64,000 bases of DNA from Octopus vulgaris. Taxonomy: Eukaryota. A program made the translations under genes and the position numbers. The stretch spans positions 40,238,001 through 40,302,000 of the forward strand of contig OX597828.1 in the NCBI GenBank assembly GCA_951406725.2. The letters run 5' to 3'. The notes under the pieces were generated by a model. That model did no database searches, was not told where the DNA came from, and saw only the letters and a list, made by a program, of their open reading frames with translations. Position 1 is the stretch's first letter; every line of letters starts with the position of its first letter. Below, in pieces: positions 1-12,654 of this stretch.

Positions 1-250
1 TAACTCAGACCTGGTCTGAGCGGAAGCTGTCCTTGAAAGGGAGGGCGGAGGTGGCAGAGGTGTTTATCGCCTCTGTAATCACTTACCGCTTGACCGTCGT
101 GCCTTGCCCCGATTCGTGGCTGAACAAGCTGGAACGCATGCTCTTTCGCTTTATGTGGAGGGGCAGCAGACCTCTTGTAAGGCACTCTATCTGCTGCCAA
201 AATCCGCTGAAGTGTGGGTTAGGGATGCCGTGGCTGAAAATGCGCAGACA
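1..250 (+). mobile_element. L1/Tx1-clade LINE ORF2 fragment (region C-terminal to the RT core), truncated by a SINE
   Basis: Translation LKGRAEVAEVFIASVITYRLTVVPCPDSWLNKLERMLFRFMWRG...CGLGMPWL matches the Tx1/L1 post-RT pattern (LSL.GR...; F.W; GLG.P). Confidence 0.7.
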
Positions 251-466
251 TTTTTTACTGCCCACAGAGGGGACAAACAAGGACAGACAAACGGATTAAG
301 TCGATTACATCGATCCCAGTGCGTAACTGGTACTTTATTTATCGACCCCGAAAGGATGAAAGGCAAAGTCGACCTCAGCGGAATTTGAACTCAGAATGTA
401 GCGACAGACGAAATACCGCTAAGCATTTTGCCCGGCGTGATAACGATTTTACCAGCTCGCCGCCTT
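251..466 (-). mobile_element. SINE family A (tRNA-like head; body GTCGACTTTGCCTTTCATCCTTTCGGGGTCGATAAA)
   Basis: Shared body with more than 10 copies in the window; a further decayed copy lies at about 540-770. Confidence 0.85.
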
Positions 467-918
467 AATAATAATAATAATAATAATGATATAATGATAA
501 TGATAATGATAATAATAATGATAATAACAATAATAATAATAAATTTTGCCACTGGGGTAGCAATTTTATGGAAAGGTTTAAGTCGATTACATGATCAAAA
601 TGTTCCACTGGTACTTAATTTATCGACCCCGAAAGGACCTCGGCGGAATTTGAACTCAAAACGTAGCGACGGGCGAAATGCCGCTGAGTATTTTGCCCGG
701 CCTGCTAACGATTCTGCAATAATTCTTTCTACTTCAGGCACAAAGCTTGAAATTTCAGGATGAGGGAGCTCATCAATTACACCGGTACCACAGCTAATTA
801 AATAATTATTTCTTTAGACCCTAACACATGCTTCAACGCGCAAGGAGACCGCGTACCCAATTAAATGGGAATGGAATTTTGAAATTATGGCAGCAATCAA
901 CTTGTATTTTGAGATTTT

Positions 919-1323
919 GGAGTGGCTGTGTGGTAAGTAGCTTGCTTACTAACCACATGGTTCCGAGATCAGTCCCACTGCGTGGCACCTTCGACAAGTG
1001 TCTTCTACTACAGCCTCGGGCCGACCAAAGCCTTGTGAGTGGATCTGATAGACAAATTGAAAGAAGCCCTTCGTATATATGTATATGTATATATGTATGC
1101 ATGTGTGTGTATATGTTTGTGTGTCTGTGTTTGTCCCCCTAGCATTGCTTGACAACCGATGCTGGTGTGTTTACGTCCCCGTTACTTAGCCGTTCGGCAA
1201 AAGAGACTGATAGAATAAGTACTAGGCTTACAAAGAATAAGTCTTGGGGTCGATTTGCTCGACTAAAGGCGGTGCTCCAGCATGGCCGCAGTCAAATGAC
1301 TGGAACAAGTAAAAGAAAGTAAA
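919..1323 (+). mobile_element. SINE family B (tRNA-like head, CORE-like segment, internal (TA)/(TG) tract, 3' tail GGCGGTGCTCCAGCATGGCCGCAGTCAAATGACTG)
   Basis: Near full-length; matches copies at 31392, 43103, 60445 and others. Confidence 0.85.
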
Positions 1324-2221
1324 GATATATATATATATATATATATATACATAGCGTGATGTACAAGCATATCAATATATGTGTGTATTTGTATATCCAT
1401 GCCGGTTTGTAGGTATTTGTGTATACATACATACATTTAACCTTCCTTACAGCGAAAGTCAGGAATCCCCTCTCTCCCTCTTCTCCCCCTCTCCCTGTCA
1501 CACACGCGCGCGCCCCACACGTGTAAGTTTGAAAAGTTGCGTCTCCTAAGCCATAAGGGACACACCAGAACGGAAGGGTGTGGTGATATCATTAAGATTA
1601 CTTCGAAAGCTCTAAAAGATTTGGGCTTAATGTGTTTTGCGGAAACACATTGTTGACAGAACTTGGGAAGAGACTAGTAGGTGTGACATGGCCCGTTGGG
1701 TAAAATGTTGGACAGCCAGCTTATGAGACTCAGGATCAAATCCACCGCAGTTATTTGATTTTATTTTACAAACAACTTAATTGGACTTTGCTTCAGTGTT
1801 TTGAGTTTTTCAAAAATTTACTTGCGATAGGAGTGAATTTCTTTTTCCTGCGTAAACCAAACGCAGAAACGTGGGGTAAGTGATCGGCACATCAATGAAA
1901 CGAGCGGGATAAATGCAAAGAAAGAGGGAAGTTGTAATTCGAATGAAATTCGTCTGCTATTTCCAGCAAGTCTAACGACTACGTAGAGACTTCTTAATTG
2001 GTTCATGTTCCTTCAGTGCTTCGTAAATTGTTAAACTCTGATCAATAGAATTTACAAATACGGACGTTCTAGCTATAGCCATTCCACTTTTTGACGCATT
2101 CTGTGTCCCATTCACACATTATCAAGCGGCGTTTTAATAAAACAGCAGGATGCGATCCTGGGGGTGATTTCGCTGCTATTTCAAGCAGATCGAGCGACCG
2201 CGTAGAAGCTGCCTTGTTGAT

Positions 2222-2277
2222 GGTGCGTAAGTGGTTTTATGCTGCACTGACGAGGTCCAATAAGATCGAAATATGCC
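2222..2277 (+). ncRNA. Type III hammerhead ribozyme-like motif (decayed)
   Basis: GGTGCG-TA, stem I hairpin, CTGACGA (2247-2253), stem II GGTC-caataa-GATC, GAAA (2268-2271), then TATGCC pairing back to 2222-2227 with wobbles and one mismatch. Confidence 0.55.
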
Positions 2278-2511
2278 TGATACTGTCACTGTCCCTACCA
2301 AAAAAGAGCACGTTGCCGCTTAATTTTCTTTGAGTCGTTTATGATTGCTGCTAGTATGTGTACGTCATCCTTCTTGCATATCAAGTGTATGAAACTGTGT
2401 GTGTGCTCGTACATGCATGTGTACATATTCGTACATGTGTGTGTACAAACACAATGTGTGTGTGTATGAATATACATATAGGTGTAATGTGTGTTCGTAT
2501 ATAGATGTATG

Positions 2512-2542
<31 letters not shown>

Positions 2543-2564
2543 CTATATACGAACACACATTACA

Positions 2565-2607
<43 letters not shown>

Positions 2608-2948
2608 TCGATGCTTTTCTCCAAGAAATCTAATGCTCTTAGCTTAGTTTTTCCTTGGGGCTGGCCAGATTGGAGCAATCTCAGGATTAATCAGCCGAAA
2701 TTGCGAGGATGATCCGGTTCTTGACTGAAGATTGAAGGCTTCGAAGGTCCCGTCCGTGTTTTTTGTATCGTCTCCTAAATGTTTTGCGTTCTTGTCCCAG
2801 TTTGAATTTATATATATATATCAGCAAAATTAAGGTATGGCCATAATAGGCCGTTCAACCCACTAGAAATAGCAGCCAAGGCTTCAACCGCAAAAAAGTA
2901 TTAATTCCGTAAACCAGGAGAAAATTTAAAAAAACATTTACCCTGTTA

Positions 2949-3053
2949 TACTTTATACAATGCATCGTTTCATCTATTTTTTAATGGTAAATCAGCCTGA
3001 TTAAATTAAATCAAGCTAATCTTCCATAAGCCAACAGATTCATCAGTAAAGTA
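2949..3053 (-). ncRNA. Type I hammerhead ribozyme (inverted copy of 3711-3815)
   Basis: Reverse complement of the 3711-3815 motif. Confidence 0.75.
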
Positions 3054-3710
3054 GGCCAGACGGGAGAGATATTTTCACGAGGCAGCACCACTACTGCCTC
3101 GACTATATCTAACCTAAAAATTTTCAAATCATCGTACTCGCGCCAAATTTATCGGCAGCAAATATAAGCTGCCGATTCCATTTCGGAATTAAACAGAAAA
3201 TTCATAATTAATCAATATAGGGTAGCAAAAAATTCAGAAATTATTTGCCACCAGCGGTCTAGTGGGAAAAAGGAAAATTTAATCAGGCTGATTTACCATT
3301 AAAAAATAGATGAAACGATGCATTGTATAAAGTATAACAGGGTAAATGTTTTTTTTAATTTTCTCCTGGTTTACGGAATTAATACTTTTTTGCGGTTGAA
3401 GCCTTGGCTGCTATTTCTAGTGGGTTGAACGGCCTATTATGGCCGTTCCTTAATTTTGCTGTTGAATTTATTAATAGTCTCTGACTATTTCCTTTTTCCC
3501 ACTAGACCGCTGGTGGCAAATAATTTCTGAATTTTTTGCTACCCTATATTGATTAATTATGAATTTTCTGTTTAATTCCGAAATGGAATCGGCAGCTTAT
3601 ATTTGCTGCCGATAAATTTGGCGCGAGTACGATGATTTGAAAATTGTTAGGTTAGATATAGTCGAGGCAGTAGTGGTGCTGCCTCGTGGAAATATCTCTC
3701 CCGTCTGGCC

Positions 3711-3815
3711 TACTTTACTGATGAATCTGTTGGCTTATGGAAGATTAGCTTGATTTAATTTAATCAGGCTGATTTACCATTAAAAAATAGATGAAACGAT
3801 GCATTGTATAAAGTA
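3711..3815 (+). ncRNA. Type I hammerhead ribozyme with long stem II insert
   Basis: Stem I TACTTTA/TAAAGTA (7 bp), CTGATGA 3718-3724, stem II ATCTG/TAGAT, GAAA 3793-3796, stem III CGAT-gc-ATTG, GTA triplet (predicted cut after 3808). Confidence 0.8.
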
Positions 3816-4033
3816 TAACAGGGTAAATGTTTTTTAAAATTTTCTCCTGGTTTACGGAATTAACACTTTTTTGCGGTTGAAGCCTTGGCTGCTATTTCTA
3901 GTGGGTCGAACGGCCTATTATGGCCGTTCCTTAATTTTGCTGTTGAATTTATTAATAGTCTCTGACTATTTCCTTTTTCCCACTAGACCGCTGGTGGCAA
4001 ATAATTTCTGAATTTTTTGCTACCCTATATTGA

Positions 4034-4090
<57 letters not shown>

Positions 4091-4139
4091 CAACGGTCCC
4101 TCAGCTTTTCAAAGTCGAAAGGTTGGACCTCTAAACAGG

Positions 4140-4462
4140 CCTTTTCTGTTTCTTTCTTTGTCGCCCTTTTCAAGCCTAGCCCGGCTCATATGCCCGGTTT
4201 CCCGGTTTCTGTGGCGTATGTGTTCCTCCCAGCTGGACGGGACGTTAGTCCATCGCAGCGTTACTCAAGAAACAGGAAGAGAGAGTGAGAGAAAGTTGTG
4301 GCGAAAGAGTACAATAGGGGTCGCCACCACCCCCTGCCGGAGGAGCCTCGTGGAGCTTTTAGGTGTTTTCGCTCAATAAACACACACAACGCCCGATCTG
4401 GAAATCGAAACCGCGATCCTCCGACCGCGAGTCCGCTGCCCTGACCACTGGGCTATTGCGCC
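4140..4462 (-). mobile_element. SINE family C (tRNA-like head with A/B boxes)
   Basis: Head GGCGCAATAGCCCAGTGGTCAGGGCAGCGGACTCGCGG...GGTTTCGATTTCC, shared with 22495, 38292 and 48259. Confidence 0.8.
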
Positions 4463-5114
4463 TCTACAAACGGGCCTTTTGCGATACTCTTGAAGCCAGG
4501 AAACTTTCAGCATCCCTTCTCGCGTGCGCGCACGTGTGTGTTACACATAAGCGCTCGAAACATCGCTGAGTAAGCAAAATTATTAATTCATGATTCTTCG
4601 GTGTACTCTGTAATCGAAACGTCGACCATTTCGATCGAAACTATCAACTTCCCATTTCAAAGAGAAGGATAATGTTTAAAGGTTAAGAGCTGGATGTAAC
4701 TGAGAAAAAGAGGGAGGAGAGGATGAGTAAAAGAAAATACAAGAGAGGAGGAGCGGAATAAAAACAAAACAAGAAAAATACATAGCACATATGTATATAT
4801 ACATGTATACAAAATATATAGTTGGATGGTGGTAAGAGAAACTATAGGCGAAGAAAGAGAAAAGTGAGAGAGAAACTGAAGCAAGAGAGAGGACGAAAGA
4901 AGAAAATAGATAGTGCAAAGTGTGTGTGTGCGCGTGCGTGTCGGGCGTTAGGAAGCGATGCAGCAGGAAGGAAACTTAACAGATGAGTGCAAACAATCTG
5001 GTAGAGGGCGCTGGTACTTCACTCGCGTCTTTAAAACAGTATGGTGTCTATTTCAAGAGTTTATAGAATGTGACGAACATATTGAAAGAAAGAGGGATTG
5101 CTACCGATAATAGA

Positions 5115-5181
<67 letters not shown>

Positions 5182-5185
<4 letters not shown>

Positions 5186-5460
5186 ATACGTTGCCTAGTG
5201 GTTAGGGTATTACACTCACAATCGCTAGGTCATGGTTTCGAATCCCAGACCTGGCGGTACGTTATGTTCTTGAACGAAACACTTCATTTCAAGTTATTCT
5301 GTGATCACTTCGACAGCCGACGCGAGACACATTGTACAGGCGATGCCAATTTGATGGGGAGGGGGGGTAGAAGCAATCGATCTCTACAAACAAATCATCC
5401 ATGCATATTGTTCAGCAAAAAGATGATGTCGATTCTTCATCTGCCGTTTAAGACAGTTCA
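5182..5460 (+). mobile_element. Decayed tRNA-derived SINE
   Basis: A-box-like TTGCCTAGTGG and B-box GGTTTCGAATCCC; body related to the copy at 28498. Confidence 0.55.
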
Positions 5461-5526
5461 CTATACACGCACGCATGCATGCACACACACGACGCATCAC
5501 ACAGTCATATACATACGCACACACAG

Positions 5527-5555
<29 letters not shown>

Positions 5556-5557
<2 letters not shown>

Positions 5558-7115
5558 AGGGTGGGCTGAAGAGTTCATAGGCTAATTATGAACTTTTCAG
5601 TGATGCTAGAGCTGTGAAATGCTGCATGCTTTAATGTCAACCCTTCTTTTTAATAACTGCATAGTTTCTTTCCAGATAAGCTGACATCTGACTGTTCAAT
5701 GAACACTTCAGAAGTAACTAGTAGCTACTTCTCCTTAAAATGGACTTTGTTTGTATCGTGGTATTATCAAGTATGAAGGCGGCGAGCTGGCAGAAACGTT
5801 AGCACGCCGGACGAAATGCGTAGCCGTATTTCGTCTGCCCTTACGTTCTGAGTTCAAATTCCGCCGAGGTCGACTTTGCCTTTCATCCTTTCGGGGTCGG
5901 TTAAATAAGTACCAGTTACACATTGGGGTCGATATAATCGACTTAATCCGTTTGTCTGTCCTTGTTTATCCTCTCTGTGTTTAGCCCCTTGTGGGTATTA
6001 AAGAAATAGGTATTATCAAGTATCTGCAGAAAAAAGGGGGCTTAGCTCCCAATGACATTCATGCCGACATGGTTGCTACATTAGGGGATGACGCTCCAGC
6101 TATATCAACAGTGCGAAAATGGGCAACTGATTTTAAGAGGAAAACGGAGAATCTTGAAGATGGCCAAAGTCTGGACGTCCTGCAACTGCCGTTACCGAGG
6201 AAAACATTGGTCGTGTTCATCACATGATTATGAATGACAGACCACTGACAATAAATCAAATAGTTAATGCTATTAGCATGTTCACTGAAATAGTTGAGAA
6301 TATTCTACACAATGAATTTGGCATGATGAAGGTTTCTGCTTGGTTGTTGTCACGTCTTTTGACACTTGAGCAAAAGCGTACCAGGTTGATCACATCACGG
6401 GCAAATCTGACATTGTTTGAGACAGATTTGAGGCAGATCCAGCAGGTTTCCTTGAACGTTTCCTATCCTAAGATGTGTTAGGTTCATCACTTTAAGTCAG
6501 ATAGAGACAACCCATGTTCTGGAAACAGCCCTCCACATCAGCTCCAAAGAAGGACAAAGTCATCGTTTTCTCTGAAGGGAAGGCGACGGCCTCAGGTTTT
6601 TTTGGGATGCAAGACGTATTGTGTTTATTGATTATTTTGAAAATGGCCAAACCATCAATGGAGAGTCCTATGCCAACTTCTTAAGGCAGTTACGAGAGGC
6701 AATCAAGACCAAACACCCAGGAAAACTGACGAAAGGGGTCTTGTTTCATTGGGGACAATGTTCCAATACACAAGCCCTTGGTTTTAATAGATGTTGTGCA
6801 TGACCGTGGCTTTGAACTGATTGATAAGCCTCCCTATTTTCCTGCTCTGGTCCCATCTGACTATCTGTTCCCCAACATGTAAAGACACTTGGCTGGGAAC
6901 CAGTATCGCAATGGTGATGACGTCATATATACTGTTGATGACGTTTTTTGACTAGCAGGACGAAAGCTTCTTCACCGATGGGATCCAAGAGCACTGCAAC
7001 ACCGACTGAAGAAGTGTGTGGACCGCAAGAGGGACTATGTTGGAAAATGAACCTCTTTTGGTTACATTCCATGAGAATATCTTGGTTAGCGTATGAAGTT
7101 TTAAGTCGGCCTTCG
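5556..7115 (+). mobile_element. Mariner DNA transposon, decayed transposase pseudogene interrupted by a SINE A
   Basis: Imperfect TIRs of about 30 bp; transposase pieces YRGIIKYLQKKG..DIHADMVATLGDDAP, KVSAWLLSRLLT, IDYFENGQTINGESYANFLRQLREAIK; frameshifts and stops. Confidence 0.85.
5775..6010 (+). mobile_element. SINE family A, full length, inserted in the mariner
   Basis: 15-bp TSD GGTATTATCAAGTAT at 5760-5774 and 6009-6023. Confidence 0.9.
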
Positions 7116-7656
7116 TATTTGAAGATATTTCAACAAGTGAATGTGTTGTACCAGTTAACAAATCACTTTCACATTATTCTCTGAAGCTGTTTGTGATACT
7201 ATATCTGCCATTCTCTTTGTTATGTCACGACTGGAATCCTTTTAATCAGACGTCTATTTGAGCTGACTGATCTGGAGGTAAACAATAAATAACATGACAC
7301 ATATCCGTGTCAACCTAAGTGTTAGAAATGTATATGTGGCCACTTTGAATGTTAATGTCAAACAACGCACTGAAGCTGGTTTGAAGAAGATTTTTAGCCA
7401 GCGTTGCGTTGACCTTGGGGTTGAATCAAGTAAAGAGACAAAGGTAATTTCACAAATGGAAGACGAACAACCTGTTGCTCTCGTTAGAAACAAAGCTAAT
7501 TAAAGCTTGTATCTGTCCCAAAGGTGTGACGTCAGTGTTGTTATAGTTTTTGTTGCTACACATGCCGACGGTGTTAGTTTATTTGATTGTGCTATTTCTG
7601 CTGCAGAGACAGCAGCAGACAAGCGTACAAGTGAGGAACCGCAGCAACCTCTACAT

Positions 7657-8000
7657 CAGTAGTTCCAAGCCATTTTTTGCCGATGGACCCATTTGATCTT
7701 TAACTAGGAGAGGCGGCGGGGTGGGGGTCCTACGTTCTGAGTTCAAATTTCTCCGAGGTCGACTTTGTCTTTCATCCTTTCGGGATCGATTAAATAAATA
7801 CCAGTTACGCATTGGGAACGATGTAATCGACTTAATCTCTTCCCCCAAATTTCAGGCCTTCTGCCTACAGTAGAAAGTATTAGGAATTGTCTAAAAAAAA
7901 TTCTAGAGTATAACCAATTTATTGCACATAAATTTTAACAACAAAATCTTATATCGACCCCCTTCCCAAGGACCATGTGGATCCCCGTTGAGAATCACTG
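7657..8000. mobile_element. hAT (Charlie-like) MITE containing a SINE A fragment
   Basis: Ends CAGTAGTTCCAA...TTGAGAATCACTG; 8-bp flanks CTCTACAT/TTCTACTT (6 of 8 match). Confidence 0.5.
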
Positions 8001-8368
8001 TTCTACTTAGTCTCTGGGCATGCTAAATATGGCAGCCAGTTCTCCCTCAAAAATCATCCTACTCTCTTAAAGGAGGAAAGAGTCATTGGATAATCTTAGA
8101 TATACTATGTCTGAATAAAAATTGTGATAGTCATGATTGGAACTCTTTTTCTCATGTGTGCTCAATGAGAAGTGACATAAAGCCAAACAACCGTGGACTT
8201 AAAGGGAAACACCACATAGAGAGAAATGAGGGAAAAACGCAATATACCCACTCAGTGCTCCATCTTTTAACTCATGAAATATCGAAACCTCCTCATCCAT
8301 CATGCTAACTCACACACAGCTCGACATAGAATTACATACATTTATATACTCTACTCAACATCTTCACC

Positions 8369-8619
8369 ATGCATAGAGGTCCTTATTCAAGGACCTTTTG
8401 AGTGGGATGGGTTACTCGACCAGACGAAAATTCTAACTGGGCCCCACCTGCAAGGTCATGTGCTGTTTATCTTGATATGAGATCACCATCTCGCGCACAT
8501 ATGTTTGTGATGCATGTGCCTAGTGTACCCTTATCAGACGGGTAGTCATGATGGGTATACTGGGCTTCGTATATTTGTACCCCAGTGTCACTTTGATGGC
8601 GTGCGCTGCTCTCTCACTC

Positions 8620-8655
<36 letters not shown>
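8369..8655 (+). mobile_element. Probable LINE 3' end with (AAT)n tail
   Basis: GC-richer block ending CTCTCTCACTC(AAT)n; the family is not identified. Confidence 0.4.
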
Positions 8656-8656
<1 letters not shown>

Positions 8657-8810
8657 GAAAAACATCATGATCTCCAGGGTGTTAGATCTGTACTTTCTTC
8701 CATAATTGTTTTAGACTAAAGTAGCATATTTTCATGTATTGCGTTACACAAGATAAAAAAAATATGAACCTGCAATACATAAACACGAGAATTCAGAAAT
8801 ATACAAATGT

Positions 8811-8934
<124 letters not shown>

Positions 8935-9238
8935 CGTATTTATATGATATATACAGTTTATGCGAGTGCGTGTGTGTGTTGGGGATCGTTTATAAGGAGT
9001 AAATACGATGTGCAGTAGTTTGGCAAAGGGAAGCTGGTCTCTAGGGATAAATGTGATACCTTGCCTTTTTTTTATTAGTCGTTTTTCATTGGTTCTTTCA
9101 CTGTGTTCTGATTAAACGGGGGACAAAGGGGCCCTTTATGTTGAAATGATATAGCTGTATGTGTGAAACGAAGAGAAGGCAGAGATAACTTGCTGGTGCT
9201 AGTCTACATCTACATATATGTGCCTACGTGCGTAAATG

Positions 9239-9272
<34 letters not shown>

Positions 9273-9824
9273 AATGTTCAATGCATAAAAAGTGACTGAA
9301 TGAAGGACTCAATATATGCGCCGTCTAATATTTTAATTTTGCCAGTGTTAGCTCATGCAAATTTATTTACTTTGAATTAGCTCCACGTGCGAACCTCTGC
9401 GGTGAGTGTCAAAAGAATTACATATATTTCTTGGAAGAACTTGAAGAAAATAAACCGTTTCCATTAGGTTACAACATTTAAAAGGTTACAACCATTTAAA
9501 AGTACAATGAAATTTCAAAAATTATAAGAAGCTAGATAAATAAAATAACATACAAAACAATTCAAAAAAGTGATAAATAGAATACGAGTAAAGAATTGTG
9601 AAAAGCAAAATGATCAAAAATAAAGAAAAGAAAATCGAGAAAAATGAATGCATATGCCACCTGAATATATATGCTTAGTCGTGTGTGTATGTGTGTGTGT
9701 ACGTGTGTGTGTGTGTGTGTGCGTGCGCGTGGTTGGGAGAAGTTAGGTAAAATTGGTACTCTTCAATTACATAATAGATGTTTCATGATGCCTATAATCC
9801 ATGAAAAACTTTGAATTGATATTT

Positions 9825-10130
9825 TGTGGTGTTGGCAGTTGGTGTTGTGGGATGCGATGAGCTATGTGGTGCTGGTGGAGAGGATGACAGATGAGGCGGG
9901 CGGAAGTAAGACTTGCAGGGACCGGCGGAAGACTGTAGGGTGCATGCGTCGGAGGAAGCGGAAGAGGTCAAGCAGGACGCACGTGTGGTCATCGACGAAG
10001 GGACAGTTCGAGCATAGACGAGGAAGCGACAGGACGTGTCGAATTCATAAGAGACCTCTGATCTTCGCCTTTTGTATTTCTTTCTCCCGTTGCTTCTCCT
10101 TCTGTTGTCCTCTTCATCCATCACACTGCA
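9825..10130 (+). mobile_element. Probable solo LTR
   Basis: TGTGGTGT...ACACTGCA termini; flanks TATTT/TGTTT; a second copy at about 55872-56124. Confidence 0.55.
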
Positions 10131-10139
10131 TGTTTAAAT

Positions 10140-10429
10140 AAAGATCATAGTCTTAACGCAAAGGTTTTCTGCTGTGCAAAGATTACATGTCTTTGTTGAA
10201 GTCATAGAGCAAAATATGCCGAATACGCTCCTTTGTCACTTCCATTATAGCTTTGAAAAAATAACTGTTAAAAACGAAGTGTACTTTTCAAAACTTTGTC
10301 GAAGAATAAGTACAAGATAAAATTAATAGCTGCTTTTATAGCATGTTGATGCAGGTAGTTTATCCCGTCCCCTTCCGACATTTAGCTCATCCAATTGAAA
10401 AAAACCGCATTATCTATGGGATGACCCAA
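10140..10429 (-). mobile_element. Mariner 5' fragment (TIR plus transposase start)
   Basis: TA-TTGGGTCATCCCATAGATAATGCGG end; ATG at 10245 gives MEVTKERIRHILLYDFNK. Confidence 0.7.
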
Positions 10430-10559
10430 TATATATATATGTACGAGAAAAATGCTCCCCGTCCAATGGACGGTGCTGAGTTGTCAAATATTTAAACAAA
10501 ATTTTCTCAAAACAACTCGTCCGACCGTCCCATAGGCCTCCCCTTTGAGAAACACTGAT

Positions 10560-10830
10560 TTAACCTAAATTTGAGACACCGTGCATTTTTCTCGCGTACG
10601 CGTAGTATCGATCGCAACAGCTGATGTACTTGTGCGTACAAATGCACATTCCCACGGTTTTTATCAATCACATTCTCACCTAGAATCGATTTTTGTAATT
10701 TTTTCTAGACTTATACACGCCCTGATACCGTCGGTATCTACATATCAAATTTGAGCGCAATCGGGTGGAGGATGCCCGAGGTCCTAGAAGACACACACAC
10801 AGACAGACAGAATGGATTTTATATAATATA
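10560..10830 (-). mobile_element. Non-autonomous Helitron-like fragment
   Basis: AAATTTGAGCGCAATCGG and ACAGACAGACAGAATGGATTTTATATAAT, organised like the 20067-20800 element end. Confidence 0.4.
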
Positions 10831-11024
10831 TATGTGTTTGTGGGTATTGTAATATGCCTTGATGCAGTCCACCAGATAATTTTGACTCAATATTCAGATC
10901 AACATTCCACTTCTTTATTCGTATTATAACAGTATTATTCAAGCAGAGACAGGCAAAACTTATTAACAATGATTATATTGTCAGAATCATAAGTAAACCA
11001 ACGGCTGATATTTTTCGGATGCAT

Positions 11025-11089
11025 TTAATACGTATGTTTCAAGTGGTTATGTAACAACTTTTTCGCACATACCATACTCATCAGCCGAC
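11025..11089 (-). ncRNA. Decayed type I hammerhead-like motif
   Basis: CTGATGA, TGGT.ATGT/ACAT.ACCA stem II, GAAACATACGTA; stem I is largely lost. Confidence 0.4.
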
Positions 11090-11339
11090 TACAAGCGAAA
11101 CACATTGGTGGAATCAAGTCTACAACTTTATATAGTGGACAGGATTTTTAAAAAGTCACATAAAACCATAGAAAGAGATAAAAGATGAGATTATGGTTTA
11201 GCAGGTACCCAAGGAAAGAGCAATTAAAAGTGACCTGAAGATAAAAAAAGAAAGAAACCGCCAATAAACTTTACCACGGAGAGAAAGGAAAGAATAAGAA
11301 AAAAGTGTGTATACATACATACATACATACATACACACA

Positions 11340-11430
<91 letters not shown>

Positions 11431-11469
11431 ATATAATCATAAAATGACCGTATAGGTAACATCCTTTAC

Positions 11470-11848
11470 GTATATAATTTTAAAGATATTATAGTGTGTG
11501 TCTGTGTGTGTTTGTGTTTGGGATTACTCTAACTCCTCCCACACCGTCCAACCGATTTTAATGATTTTTGGCACATAGGTAGATCACATGCCTTGAAGTT
11601 CAAATAAGGCTGCAATTTTTCGAAAACTCGATAATGCTCAGTTGGCATTGATTTTTGTGAGCTCAATCGGGCGTTTGAATGGAAATTCCCATAACGATGT
11701 TATTTTGCTGCAGCTTTTGCATTTTGTCACATGTAAAATTTTAACAAAATGATAGAATAATCTCTAAGGAAATGCATATTCAATACAAGGTCAGAGGTGG
11801 GCTTAACTTCAACACGGAAACACGAGCAACGCCGGGTCCAACAGCTAG
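11470..11848 (+). mobile_element. Non-autonomous Helitron
   Basis: Imperfect GC-rich hairpin (CGAGCAACGCCGGG) just upstream of a terminal CTAG (11845-11848) followed by T. Confidence 0.6.
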
Positions 11849-11851
11849 TAT

Positions 11852-11929
<78 letters not shown>

Positions 11930-11933
<4 letters not shown>

Positions 11934-12589
11934 ACAATTAAAGGTTACAAACCTCATTCAGGGATAGGAAAATCCTGTGAAAGTACTGGTTAATTACCTA
12001 TACAAAGAGTATTAAACTTTATATTTAATACTCCACTGCAAGGTAACTATATAAACCGTAGTTTATATATATCTTATTTATTATAATAATAAGATGAGAG
12101 AATAGAAAGATAATTAATAAATTATTATTTATCAATTAAAAAATTGACAAGCATCCCTCTCAGGAAAATTAAAATCAATTAAAAATTATTTGGAAGTCGA
12201 ATCTCTAATAAACAACTGCAAACCGTTTGCAGCAGTTTACTCAACATGAGGAAATTGAATACCTGCTTTGTATACCTTTATCTACCTCTGAAGATATTCG
12301 GCTTTCAGATATTTTTTAATTGAATTAATTAATTTTTCTGAGAACCTGAATTGAAACAGCTATAAGGAATGCTTGTCAATTTTTTAATTGATAAATAATA
12401 ATTTATTAATTACCTTTCGATTCTCTCATCTTATCATTATAATAAATAAGATATATATAAACTACGGTTTATATAGTTACCTTGCAGTGGAGTATTAAAT
12501 ATAAAGTTTAATACTCTTTGTATAGGTAATTAACCAGTACTTTCACAGGATTTTCCTATCCCTGAATGAGGTTTGTAACCTTTAATTGT

Positions 12590-12594
<5 letters not shown>
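11930..12594. mobile_element. Inverted-repeat Penelope-like element embedded in (TA)n
   Basis: Arms of about 225 bp (11930-12156 and 12369-12594) with imperfect inward extension; a hammerhead-like motif lies in the spacer at 12285-12367. Confidence 0.6.

Positions 12595-12654
<60 letters not shown>

Larger units (their letters stand above)
2822..4040. mobile_element. Penelope/retrozyme-like non-coding element: 481-bp unit as one inverted copy (2822-3273) plus about 1.6 tandem copies (3276-4040), flanked by (TA)n
   Basis: Near-identical repeats with period 481 (GAAA at 3312 and 3793); internal hairpins at 3588-3613 and 3663-3686; carries a hammerhead. Confidence 0.75.
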
